Assembly (NCBI GenBank): GCA_043819795.1
Contig: JBDREN010000082.1
Span: forward strand, 1-36,088
DNA length: 36,088 nt
Reading direction: 5' to 3'
Source: Elusimicrobiota bacterium
Lineage (GTDB): Bacteria; Elusimicrobiota; Elusimicrobia; UBA1565
A model generated the notes under the pieces. That model did not search any database and was not told where the DNA came from. It saw nothing but the letters and a program-made list of their open reading frames with translations. Shown here piece after piece: positions 8,878 through 17,057 of this stretch. The position numbers were made by a program, and so were the translations under genes. The first letter of the stretch is position 1; each line of letters opens with the position of its first letter.

Positions 8878-11309
8878 TGCGAGGTCCCCAGTCCTCCCGG
8901 CCGCCGGCGGCGCGTTCTCCGGAGGTCGATCGGGCGCCGCGCCCGGCCGGCCTCCTGCTCGCGGCCTTGGGGCTGGGCCTTTTCTGGCTCTATCTTTGCA
9001 GCGCGTACCCCACCCTCTCCCCCTACCGGGATTCGGGGGACATGGCCGCCGGGGCCTTGACGCTGGGCGTCGCCCATCCGCCCGGCTATCCGTTCTACCT
9101 GCTGGCGGCCCACGCGTGGCTGCTTCTGCTGCGTCTGGGCAACGTCGCGTTCCGTCTGCACGTGTTCAGCGCGGCGGCCGGAGCGGCGGCGGCCGTCGTG
9201 CTTGCGGTTTGCGTACGTATGGCATGCCCCCCTCGCCTGTCATCCCCCCCCCGGGGGGATGACGAAGTAGGGGGGGCGAGTGTCGTTTCTAAAGGAGGCG
9301 CGGCTTTAGCCGCGCTCTCCGCGGGCCTTTTCCTCGGCCTCTCCCCCGCCTACTGGCACCTCTCCCTGGTCAGCGAGATGTACAGCCTCAACGCCCTGGT
9401 GGGCGCGGTCCTGCTCTGGCTTCTGCTTCCCCGCGCGGCTCCGCAGGATCCGCCCGCCCAGGACGCGGGACGCGGCGCGCGCCGCCGGCTGCTCCTGGCC
9501 GCGATGGTCTTCGGGCTCGGGATCGGGAACCACCAGACCCTCGTGGCCGCTCTCCCGGGGCTGCTTTGGATGGCGCGCCGCGACATCGCCGACGAAAGGG
9601 GCCTCGCCGTGAGAGGCTTCTGGATCGGCAGGCTTCTCGTCCTGGCCGCGTTCTCCTTCCTCGGCCTCCTGCTCTACGCCTATCTGCCGCTGCGCTCCGG
9701 GGCCGAGCCGGCGCTCGATTGGGGAGAGCCGGAGACGCTGCGCAACTTCTTTCGCATGCTGACGCGCGCGGACTACGGAGGGGTCCGGCTCCATCCCGAT
9801 CGTCCGGCGGGGCTCTTCGGCTTCTCCCACTGGGGCGCCGGGCTGCTCACGAGCGGGCGCTTGCTCGTCGGGGAGCTGAGCTGGCCGGGGGCGCTCTTGG
9901 CTCTGTGGGGGGCGTGGACCGGCCGGCGCAGTCGCGCGGTGCAGGGCTGCCTGCTGGCGGGGCTCCTCTCGGGACCGGTCTTCATCGTATGGGCCAACCT
10001 CGATCCGGCGCGTCCCGAGACATACGCCATTCTGGAGCCGCACCTCGTCCTGCCGCTGCTGTTCGCCGCCGCGCTCGCCGGATGGGGCGCCGCCGAGCTC
10101 TTCCGCCGATTGGGGAGCATCTTGCCCGCGAGCCCGAAGGCGCCCCTTGCCATGCGGCGCGTGCGGGTCCTGGGGAGGACCTTGGCGCTCTCGAGCGCGA
10201 CGCTCTTGATCGCCGGGGGCTGGCTCTGGAGCCAGGCGGCCGGCGTCGGGGCGCGTCTGGGCTGCCGGCGCGACTTCTCGGCTTGGGACTACGGCCGGGC
10301 CCTGCTCGCCTCGCTGCCCCGCGGGGCGCTGGTCCTCGATCCCGACGATCAGACCGCCTTCACGCTCAGCTATCTCGCGCACGCGCACGGCCTGCGCCGG
10401 GACGTCGTGCCCCTCCTCTACTTCCGGACGCGATGGGGCTACGAGCAGCTCAAGCGCCGCCGTCCGGAGCTGCTGCCGGCATGGGAGATCCGTTCGGGCC
10501 AGGAGCTCCTGGGCACGCTCGTGGCGCGGGGTCTGGAGACGGGCCGGAAGCTGTACCTGGATCTTCCACAGAAGGCCCCCTCCGGCTACGCGGCCTATCC
10601 GGCGGGGCTCGCGTACCGTCTTCTTCCCAAGGCGCCGGAGGGCGAAGAGAGGGACCGGCTGTTCGCGCACGCCGAGCGGATGGGGCGCCTGACGCGTATC
10701 CGGCCCTCGCCCGCCGGGACCGGCTTCTTCACGCGCCATACGGCCGCCTATTGGTCGAGCTCGCTCAACAACCTCGGCATCCAGGCCCAGCGTCTCGGCC
10801 GGCCGCGGGAGGCGATCTCCCTCTATAAGCGCGCCCTGCGGGTCATGCCGTGGCTCCCGGAGGCCTGGAACAATTGGGGCAACACGGCGCTCTCCCTGGG
10901 CGAACTGGAGGATGCCGAAGGCTGCTACCGCCAATCGATCCGCCAGAAGCCCGCGCCGCAGGTGCTCTACAACCTGGGAAGGGTATTCCTGCTGGGCGAG
11001 CGCTACGACGCGGCGGACCGCCAGTTCCGGCTGGCCATCGCGGCCGGAGCGCCCGTCGAGGCGCGTAACGATCTCGGCCTGGTGTTCCTCAGGACCGGCC
11101 GCGCGCGCGAGGCGGTCGAGCAGTTCATGGGGGTCGCGCGGGACTTCCCGGCCTATCCCCTTACCTACTACAACCTCGGCATCGCCTACGAGCGGCTGGG
11201 CGAAGGGGAGAGAGCGCGCGCGGCCGTCGAGGCCTACGAGCAGCTGGCCCGGGATCCCGAGGATAAGCGCGCCGCCCGCCTGTGGATGAAGCGGCTGCAG
11301 AAATTGTAA
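8877..11309 (+). CDS. DUF2723/TMEM260-like GT-C membrane glycosyltransferase with C-terminal TPR repeats
   Basis: 810 aa; N-terminal DSGDM..GA.TLGVAHPPGYPFY, SEMYSLN, G.GNHQ and YLPLRS.....DWG.P; many hydrophobic helices; C-terminal TPR-like repeats (NNLG.., AWNNWG.., YNLG..). The start overlaps the priA stop (TGATG). Confidence 0.85.
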   Translation: MRGPQSSRPPAARSPEVDRAPRPAGLLLAALGLGLFWLYLCSAYPTLSPYRDSGDMAAGALTLGVAHPPGYPFYLLAAHAWLLLLRLGNVAFRLHVFSAAAGAAAAVVLAVCVRMACPPRLSSPPRGDDEVGGASVVSKGGAALAALSAGLFLGLSPAYWHLSLVSEMYSLNALVGAVLLWLLLPRAAPQDPPAQDAGRGARRRLLLAAMVFGLGIGNHQTLVAALPGLLWMARRDIADERGLAVRGFWIGRLLVLAAFSFLGLLLYAYLPLRSGAEPALDWGEPETLRNFFRMLTRADYGGVRLHPDRPAGLFGFSHWGAGLLTSGRLLVGELSWPGALLALWGAWTGRRSRAVQGCLLAGLLSGPVFIVWANLDPARPETYAILEPHLVLPLLFAAALAGWGAAELFRRLGSILPASPKAPLAMRRVRVLGRTLALSSATLLIAGGWLWSQAAGVGARLGCRRDFSAWDYGRALLASLPRGALVLDPDDQTAFTLSYLAHAHGLRRDVVPLLYFRTRWGYEQLKRRRPELLPAWEIRSGQELLGTLVARGLETGRKLYLDLPQKAPSGYAAYPAGLAYRLLPKAPEGEERDRLFAHAERMGRLTRIRPSPAGTGFFTRHTAAYWSSSLNNLGIQAQRLGRPREAISLYKRALRVMPWLPEAWNNWGNTALSLGELEDAEGCYRQSIRQKPAPQVLYNLGRVFLLGERYDAADRQFRLAIAAGAPVEARNDLGLVFLRTGRAREAVEQFMGVARDFPAYPLTYYNLGIAYERLGEGERARAAVEAYEQLARDPEDKRAARLWMKRLQKL
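9226..9280. repeat. Intragenic palindromic element with C9/G6/G7 homopolymer runs
   Basis: GTCAT-C9-G6-ATGAC (9239-9263) forms an 11-bp stem, flanked by GCCCCCCT (9226-9233) and AGGGGGGGC (9269-9277). Confidence 0.7.
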
Positions 11310-11410
11310 TATCCCCCCGCCCGCGCCTCTTGCCGATAGGCCGGAGCAGCGGCACTGGAGGCCAGGTCCTTTAACCGACAACCTCCCCTCCGGCATAGGG
11401 CCGGTCCGCC

Positions 11411-12598
11411 ATGGATGCGATAGAACGTCTCAAGCGCGGTTGCGTGGAGCTGATCAGCGAGGTCGACCTTCGCCAGAAGCTGGCTTCGGGCCGTCCCCTG
11501 CGCGTCAAGCTCGGAGTGGATCCGACCACGCCCGATCTCCATCTGGGGCACACCGTGGTCCTGCACAAACTGCGCGCGTTCCAGGATCTCGGCCACACCG
11601 CGGTGCTGATCATCGGGGACTTCACCGCCCGCATCGGCGATCCGTCCGGCCGCGACGCCACGCGTCCGACCGTCACCCAGGAGACGGTGGACGCCAACGC
11701 GCGGACCTACCAGGAGCAGGCGTTCAAGGTCCTCGACCCGGACAAGACGGAGGTCCTCCGGAACTCCGACTGGCTGGATCCGTTCATGAAGACGGACAGG
11801 CTGCCGAAGACGCTCCAGCGCTACACGGTCCAGCAGCTGTTGGCGCGCGAGGATTTTCAGAACCGGATCAAGAGCGAGAACCCGATCACTTTGCTCGAGT
11901 TACTCTACCCCCTGCTCCAGGGCTACGACTCGATCGCGGTCAAGGCCGACGTCGAGCTCGGCGGCAACGACCAGCTCTTCAACCTCCTGATGGGCCGGCA
12001 GATGCAGAAGGACGAGGGCCAGCCCCCCCAGGTGGTGCTGACCATGCCGCTACTCGTCGGGCTCGACGGCGCGAAGAAGATGTCGAAGACCTACGGCAAT
12101 GCGATCGCGCTCAACGACCCGCCGCGCGACATGTTCGGGCAGGTCATGAAGATCTCGGACGAGGCCATGCGGACCTACTACGAGCTCCTCACCCTGGAGG
12201 ACATGGAGGCGGTCCGGTCCGGACATCCCATGGGGGCGAAGAAGCGGCTGGCGGAGATCATCACCGCGCGCTTCCACGGGGAGGAGGCCGCCGAGGCGGA
12301 GCGGACGTTCTTTGATGAGACATTCTCCAATCGCAAGGCGCCCGAGGACGTCGCCGAGCATCCCGTCCTGGCCGAGGACCGGGGCCGGCCGTGGAGCGTC
12401 TACCTCGTCAAGATCGGCGCCGTGAAGTCCCGCAAGGAGGCGCAGCGCCTGCTGGCCCAGGGCGCCGTCCACGCCGACGAGGATAGGGTCGCGGGGGACG
12501 CCCCTATGGAGGATTTTTTCGCGAAGAAGGGCCCGGCCGCGAAGGTGATCTCCTTGAAGGTCGGCAAGCATCGCTTCTTCAAGCTCCGCCGGGACTGA
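11411..12598 (+). CDS. tyrS: Tyrosine--tRNA ligase
   Basis: KLGVDPT..DLHLGH (HIGH motif), YPLLQGYDS, ELGG.DQLFN, KMSKT and a C-terminal S4-like domain. Confidence 0.98.
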   Translation: MDAIERLKRGCVELISEVDLRQKLASGRPLRVKLGVDPTTPDLHLGHTVVLHKLRAFQDLGHTAVLIIGDFTARIGDPSGRDATRPTVTQETVDANARTYQEQAFKVLDPDKTEVLRNSDWLDPFMKTDRLPKTLQRYTVQQLLAREDFQNRIKSENPITLLELLYPLLQGYDSIAVKADVELGGNDQLFNLLMGRQMQKDEGQPPQVVLTMPLLVGLDGAKKMSKTYGNAIALNDPPRDMFGQVMKISDEAMRTYYELLTLEDMEAVRSGHPMGAKKRLAEIITARFHGEEAAEAERTFFDETFSNRKAPEDVAEHPVLAEDRGRPWSVYLVKIGAVKSRKEAQRLLAQGAVHADEDRVAGDAPMEDFFAKKGPAAKVISLKVGKHRFFKLRRD

Positions 12599-12633
12599 GT
12601 GATTAAAACCGCCAGTTTTTTCAGGAGTTTTTG

Positions 12634-12663
12634 TTGACGCGGGGCTTCCGGCATGAGTATACT
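12634..12663 (+). promoter_or_regulatory. Putative sigma70 promoter for the mutase and response regulator genes
   Basis: TTGACG (12634-12639), 18-nt spacer, TATACT (12658-12663), preceded by T-rich tracts. Confidence 0.7.
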
Positions 12664-12720
12664 ATGGGGCTCCCTCCCCTGAAGGAGGGCGCCATAACCG
12701 TATTTCTGGGGTAATAGGCC

Positions 12721-14346
12721 TTGGCCACAGCCGCTAAGTCTCCGGAGAGGTCCGCTTCGGCCGCCGTCGAGGAGGCCGCTCCCGCCACGCTCTCCGAGAT
12801 CCCGGTCAAGCGGGAGTACGGCCCCGAGGACCTGAAGGATCTCGACCCGGCCCGCGATCTGGGCACGCCGGGCAACTATCCCTATACCCGGGGCATCAAG
12901 GCTTCGGGCTACCGCGCCTCGCGCTGGACCATGCGGCAGTTCGCGGGCCATAAGACGGCGAAGGACACCAACGAGCGCTTCAAGTACCTGATCGAGCACG
13001 GCCAGACCGGCCTTTCGACCGCCTTCGACCTCCCGACGCTGATGGGCGTCGACTCCGACGACCCGCGGGCCTTGGGCGAGGTCGGCCGCGAGGGGGTGGC
13101 CGTGGACTCCCTGCGCGACTTCGAGGCCCTCTTCTCCGGGATCGACCTGGCGAGGGCGTCTACGTCGATGACGATCAACCTGCCGGCGCCGATCCTGCTG
13201 GCGATGTACCTCTCGGTCGCCGACCAGCAGGGGGTCCCCTACAAGCGCGTCCGGGGGACGCTGCAGCTCGACATCCTGAAGGAGTACATCGCCCAGAACG
13301 AGTACCTCTATCCCCCCGAGCCCTCGATGCGGCTGGTCCTCGACACCATCGAGTTCTGCGTCAAGAACGTGCCCCGCTACTACCCGATCTCGATCTCGGG
13401 CTATCACATCCGGGAGGCCGGCGCGGACGCCGTGCAGGAGCTGGCGTTCACGCTCGCGGACGGCGTCGACTACGCCAAGCGTCTGGCCGAGAGAGGCCTT
13501 CCGGTGGACGGCTTCGCCAGGCGCCTCTCGTTCTTCTTCGACGTCCATAACGATTTCTTCGAGGAGATCGCCAAGCTGCGGGCGGCCCGGCGCATCTGGG
13601 CGCGCTTCATGAAGGAGACGATGGGCGCCGAGCACCCCATGTCGTGGATGCTGCCCGTGCACTGCCAGACGGCCGGGGTCTCCCTGACGGCCCAGCAGCC
13701 GCTCAACAACCTCGCGCGCGTCGGCTTCCAGGCGCTGGCGGGCGTCCTCGGCGGCACCCAGAGCCTGCACACGAACTCCTTCGACGAGGCGCTGGCGCTG
13801 CCCTCCGACGAGGCCGTGAGGCTGGCCCTGCGCACCCAGCAGGTCATCAGTGAAGAGTCGGGCCTCGCGGACACCGTGGACCCGTTCGGCGGATCGTACT
13901 ACCTGGAGTCTTTGACCGACGAGATGGAGCGCCGCGCGCTGGACATCATGCGGCGGATCGACGAGATGGGCGGGGTCGTCCCGGCGCTGGAGAAGGACTT
14001 CTTTCATCGCGAGATCGCCGAGACCGCCTACCGCTTCGAGGTGGACCTCGGCCGCAAGCGGCGCAAGATCGTGGGCGTCAACGTCTTCGAGTCCGGCGGC
14101 GTGCGCCCCCCGATCCTCAAGATCCGGTCCGAGGTCGAGCAGCGCCAGGTTGGGGCGCTCCGCACGTTGCGTGCCCAGCGGGATGGGGCGCGCGTCGAGG
14201 CGTCGCTCAAGCGCCTGCGCGACGCGGCCCGGGGCCCCGACAACGTCCTGCCCCCGATCCTCGAGTGCGTGAAGGCCTACGCGACGGTGGGCGAGGTCAC
14301 CGCGGCCCTGCAGGACGTCTTCGGAGAGTACACATGCGCGAACTGA
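12721..14346 (+). CDS. Adenosylcobalamin-dependent acyl-CoA mutase large (substrate-binding) subunit, isobutyryl-CoA mutase-like
   Basis: 541 aa, TTG start; [47 protein letters not shown] and [18 protein letters not shown]. No C-terminal DxHxxG B12-binding domain. Confidence 0.92.
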   Translation: MATAAKSPERSASAAVEEAAPATLSEIPVKREYGPEDLKDLDPARDLGTPGNYPYTRGIKASGYRASRWTMRQFAGHKTAKDTNERFKYLIEHGQTGLSTAFDLPTLMGVDSDDPRALGEVGREGVAVDSLRDFEALFSGIDLARASTSMTINLPAPILLAMYLSVADQQGVPYKRVRGTLQLDILKEYIAQNEYLYPPEPSMRLVLDTIEFCVKNVPRYYPISISGYHIREAGADAVQELAFTLADGVDYAKRLAERGLPVDGFARRLSFFFDVHNDFFEEIAKLRAARRIWARFMKETMGAEHPMSWMLPVHCQTAGVSLTAQQPLNNLARVGFQALAGVLGGTQSLHTNSFDEALALPSDEAVRLALRTQQVISEESGLADTVDPFGGSYYLESLTDEMERRALDIMRRIDEMGGVVPALEKDFFHREIAETAYRFEVDLGRKRRKIVGVNVFESGGVRPPILKIRSEVEQRQVGALRTLRAQRDGARVEASLKRLRDAARGPDNVLPPILECVKAYATVGEVTAALQDVFGEYTCAN

Positions 14347-14356
14347 GAGGGGCGGC

Positions 14357-15073
14357 ATGCTGATCGCCGTCGTCGGACAGGACTCGAAGTTCTGCCTCCA
14401 GCTCCAGGATCTTTTGGAGACGCAGAATCATCGCGTGTCCCTGGTCCCCGACGTCGACCACGCCTTCGCGAGGCTCACGGCCGACCCGGTCCATCTCATC
14501 GTCGTCGACGGCCTGCCGTCCAAGGACGCCACCCTCGAGCTCATCCGCACGCTGCGCGCCCACGCCTCGACCCGCCAGATCCCCGTGCTCAACGTCAACC
14601 CGAACGGCTCGGCGAAGGAGGTCGTCGAGGTCCTGGACTCGGGCGCCGACGACTACCTCGTCAAGCCGTTCAACGGGGAGATCTTCCTGGCCCGCGTGCG
14701 GACGCTGCTGCGCCGCCAGATCTGGACCGGGACGATCCAGGAGGACCCTGTCACCAAGCTGGAGTGCGGCGACCTGCATGTCCACCTCGTCGAGCGGGTC
14801 GTCCGGGTCGCGGGAGAGGAGCGCGCCCTTACCCGCCTCGAGTTCGATCTGCTCGCGTATCTGGTGCGCAACCAGGGCAAGGTATTCAAACGCGTCGACC
14901 TTCTGGAGGCCGTCTGGAAGTATCCCGAGAACATCGAGACCCGCACGCTGGACAAGCACATCGAGACTTTGCGCAAGAAGCTCGCGCCCATGGGAAAGTG
15001 CATCCGCACCGTCCATGGCGTGGGCTACCGTTTCCTCGACCCGAAGTCCCCCCTCCCGCAGCAGCGGGACTAG
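14357..15073 (+). CDS. OmpR/PhoB-family response regulator (atypical receiver plus winged helix)
   Basis: GADDYLVKPF..ARVR.LLRR and a C-terminal wHTH: LT.LEFDLL..L..NQG.VF.R..LL..VW....TRTLDKHI..LRKKL.....I.TVHGVGYRF. Confidence 0.93.
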   Translation: MLIAVVGQDSKFCLQLQDLLETQNHRVSLVPDVDHAFARLTADPVHLIVVDGLPSKDATLELIRTLRAHASTRQIPVLNVNPNGSAKEVVEVLDSGADDYLVKPFNGEIFLARVRTLLRRQIWTGTIQEDPVTKLECGDLHVHLVERVVRVAGEERALTRLEFDLLAYLVRNQGKVFKRVDLLEAVWKYPENIETRTLDKHIETLRKKLAPMGKCIRTVHGVGYRFLDPKSPLPQQRD

Positions 15074-15250
15074 CGCTCGGCCTCAAAGCAGGCGCCCGGA
15101 CACCTATACCGCGTCAACGGCCTCCGCCTGGCGCTCCGCCGACCCCGGAGCGGCGATTTTCGCGGTCCGGCCAGGCCTTCCATATTTTATCATCCACTAT
15201 TATGTTAGACTGAAAAAATGTGTCCTGTCCCCCGGACGGCTTCGCCCGGA

Positions 15251-15280
15251 TTGCGAAAGATTTGCGAAACAAATTTCGCA
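15251..15280. promoter_or_regulatory. Candidate transcription-factor operator (TTGCGAAA twice at 11-bp period, plus an inverted TTTCGCA)
   Basis: TTGCGAAA at 15251-15258 and 15262-15269; TTTCGCA at 15274-15280 is the reverse complement of TGCGAAA. Sits in the AT-rich 354-nt gap upstream of 15428. Confidence 0.6.
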
Positions 15281-15330
15281 GACTATGCGCCGAATTTTCG
15301 GGAGAACGGGCCAAGATTGGGGTAAACTCT

Positions 15331-15365
15331 CGTACGCGCGCGGGCACGGGCCCCCGCGCGGTACG
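15331..15365. other. GC-rich stem-loop upstream of the fibre-like gene
   Basis: CGTAC(G)CGCGCGGG ... CCCGCGCGGTACG gives a 13-bp stem with one bulge, just after TAAACT (15323-15328). Confidence 0.5.
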
Positions 15366-15427
15366 CGCCAGCGAATGAATAAAAAATCGTTTTCTTACTT
15401 AAAATCCGTGACACACGGAGACCTGCC

Positions 15428-17011
15428 ATGAACAGAACGAACGCCCTGATTCCAAGCCGCCGGAACGGAGACGGCCGAAGTCCGAGAGCGGCCACGGCCG
15501 CCGCTGTGGCCGTGGCTTCGTTCTCGGCTGCCGCGGCCTTGTTGCTCGCCGCGCTCGCGGCCCCCCCGCCCGCGCGCGCCGCGGTCGCGCAGCGGATCAA
15601 CTTCCAGGGGCGGCTCCTCGATCCCGCGACCAAGAACCCCCGCACCGAGACGTCCGCCGACATCACGTTCCGCGTCTGCGACTCTTTGGCCGGGGCCTGC
15701 ACGGGCGGGTCTCTTCTTTGGGCGGAGACCCAGACCGTGAACCTGAGCAACGGCGTGTTCGACGTGATCCTGGGCGACGTGGTCGCCATCACGTCCTCGG
15801 TGTTCAGCGGCTCGGCCCAGTACCTCGAGCTCGTGGTGGAAGGCGAGACCATGAGCCCGCGCCAGCGGATGGTGTCGGTGCCCATGGCCCTTCGCGCGGC
15901 GGTGGCCGAATCGGTCGCGGCCGGGGATCCGAACTACGTCCAGGTGAGGCAGACGCTGCAGGCCGGGGCGACGTTCTATGTCTCCAGCGGCACCGTCTCG
16001 GGCGACCTCCTGGCCGGCAATCTCAGGGTGACGGGTTTGCTGCGCGCCGGGGCAGCCGCCAACCAGCTCACCACCGCCTCGGGCCTGCTCAACGCCGCGT
16101 CCGTCGACGGCGCGACGCTCGTCCCCAACGCATCGGTGGACGCCTCGAGCGTGACCAAGCAGGGCAACGCCTTCAACGCGGCCAACCGCCTGCTCAGGCT
16201 CGGAGGGACCGGCCTGATCGACAGCTCTTTGGTGGACGCATCCAGCGTCACCAAGCAGGGCAACTCGGTCAACGGGCCGAACGGGCTCATGCGGCTCGAC
16301 GGCTCCGGGAACGTGCCCAGCGCGCAGATCGACGGCTCCAGCATCGCCAAGCTGAGCGCCTCCGGCCTGGTCCCGAGCTCGCTCATCGACTCCTCCAGCG
16401 TCACCAAGCAGGGCAACTCGGTCAACGGCCCCAACGGGCTCCTGCGGCTGGACGGCTCCGGCCTGGTGCCTAGCGCGCAGATCAACGGCTCGAGCATCAC
16501 GAAACTGAACGCCTCGGGCCTGGTGCCGAGCTCCCTGATCGACGCCTCGAGCGTGACCAAGCAGGGCAACGTGTTCAACGCGGCCAACCGCCTCGTCCGC
16601 CTGGACGCGAGCGGAACCTTGAACGCGACGGCGACCGGAGCCGCGGTCTACAGCATCTCGGCCAGCTCGAGCGTGAACGTAAGCGGCACCGGGAAGCTGC
16701 GGGAGGGAGGCAATCCCATCATGCCGGCCGGGGCGATCTTCCTTTGGCTCGGGGCCGCGTGCCCGGCCGGCTTCACGGAGGTGACGAGCCTGCGCGGCCG
16801 GATGCCGCTCGGCGCCCCCGCCGGAGGCACGGTCGGCATCACCGGAGGCGCGGCGGCCTTCACGGGGGACGGCGGGGCCCTCAGCCACGTCCACGCGCCG
16901 ACCGGAGCGCTCGCCTCGCCGGGGTTCCGCAGCGGCGGCAGCCTGAACCTGACGGACAACGTGGACACGACCATGCCGTACGTGCAGGTGCTGTTCTGCC
17001 GGAAGTCGTAA
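15428..17011 (+). CDS. Secreted phage-tail-fibre-like protein (signal peptide, INFQGRL N-terminal domain, internal repeats, tail-collar-like C-terminus)
   Basis: 527 aa; RBS GGAG at 15417-15420; hydrophobic N-terminus ending A-R-A; INFQGRLLD..LLWAETQTV.LSNGVFDVILG; four D(A/S)SSVTKQGN repeats; C-terminal MPAGAIFLWLGAACPAGF..LRGRMPLG..G.TGG..MPYVQVLFCRK. Confidence 0.8.
   Translation: MNRTNALIPSRRNGDGRSPRAATAAAVAVASFSAAAALLLAALAAPPPARAAVAQRINFQGRLLDPATKNPRTETSADITFRVCDSLAGACTGGSLLWAETQTVNLSNGVFDVILGDVVAITSSVFSGSAQYLELVVEGETMSPRQRMVSVPMALRAAVAESVAAGDPNYVQVRQTLQAGATFYVSSGTVSGDLLAGNLRVTGLLRAGAAANQLTTASGLLNAASVDGATLVPNASVDASSVTKQGNAFNAANRLLRLGGTGLIDSSLVDASSVTKQGNSVNGPNGLMRLDGSGNVPSAQIDGSSIAKLSASGLVPSSLIDSSSVTKQGNSVNGPNGLLRLDGSGLVPSAQINGSSITKLNASGLVPSSLIDASSVTKQGNVFNAANRLVRLDASGTLNATATGAAVYSISASSSVNVSGTGKLREGGNPIMPAGAIFLWLGAACPAGFTEVTSLRGRMPLGAPAGGTVGITGGAAAFTGDGGALSHVHAPTGALASPGFRSGGSLNLTDNVDTTMPYVQVLFCRKS
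16139..16610 (+). repeat. Internal tandem repeats of the fibre-like gene
   Basis: SSVTKQGN codons start at 16145, 16241, 16394 and 16547 (spacings 96, 153, 153 nt); a 30-bp exact repeat at 16139-16168 and 16541-16570. Confidence 0.9.
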
Positions 17012-17057
17012 CGGGGAGAAGCGGGGACGGTGACTATAGTCTGAAGCACTGAGGAGC

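Noticed and set aside
11310..11410. T-box leader upstream of tyrS
   Set aside because: The gap is only ~100 nt, with no T-box consensus or terminator.
12664..12714. 16-aa upstream ORF (MGLPPLKEGAITVFLG) in frame with the mutase
   Set aside because: Its ATG abuts the predicted -10 box, so it probably lies upstream of the transcription start; two consecutive stops (TAA TAG) argue against readthrough.
4419..14358. Long minus-strand ORFs at 4419-6212, 9306-11396 and 12400-14358
   Set aside because: They lie antisense to well-supported genes and have no recognisable motifs.
15126..15176. Intrinsic terminator after the response regulator
   Set aside because: A 7-bp stem (15132-15152) exists but is not directly followed by a convincing U-tract.
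15455..15475. Tat signal (SRR) in the fibre-like protein
   Set aside because: SRRNGD lacks the hydrophobic F-L positions of the twin-arginine consensus; Sec export is more plausible.
15428..17011. Prophage or tailocin
   Set aside because: No capsid, terminase, sheath, baseplate, lysis or integrase genes nearby, and the fibre-like protein carries a signal peptide.
17031..17040. Internal promoter (TATAGT) upstream of the giant gene
   Set aside because: No -35 element or proper extended -10; the evidence is too weak to call.
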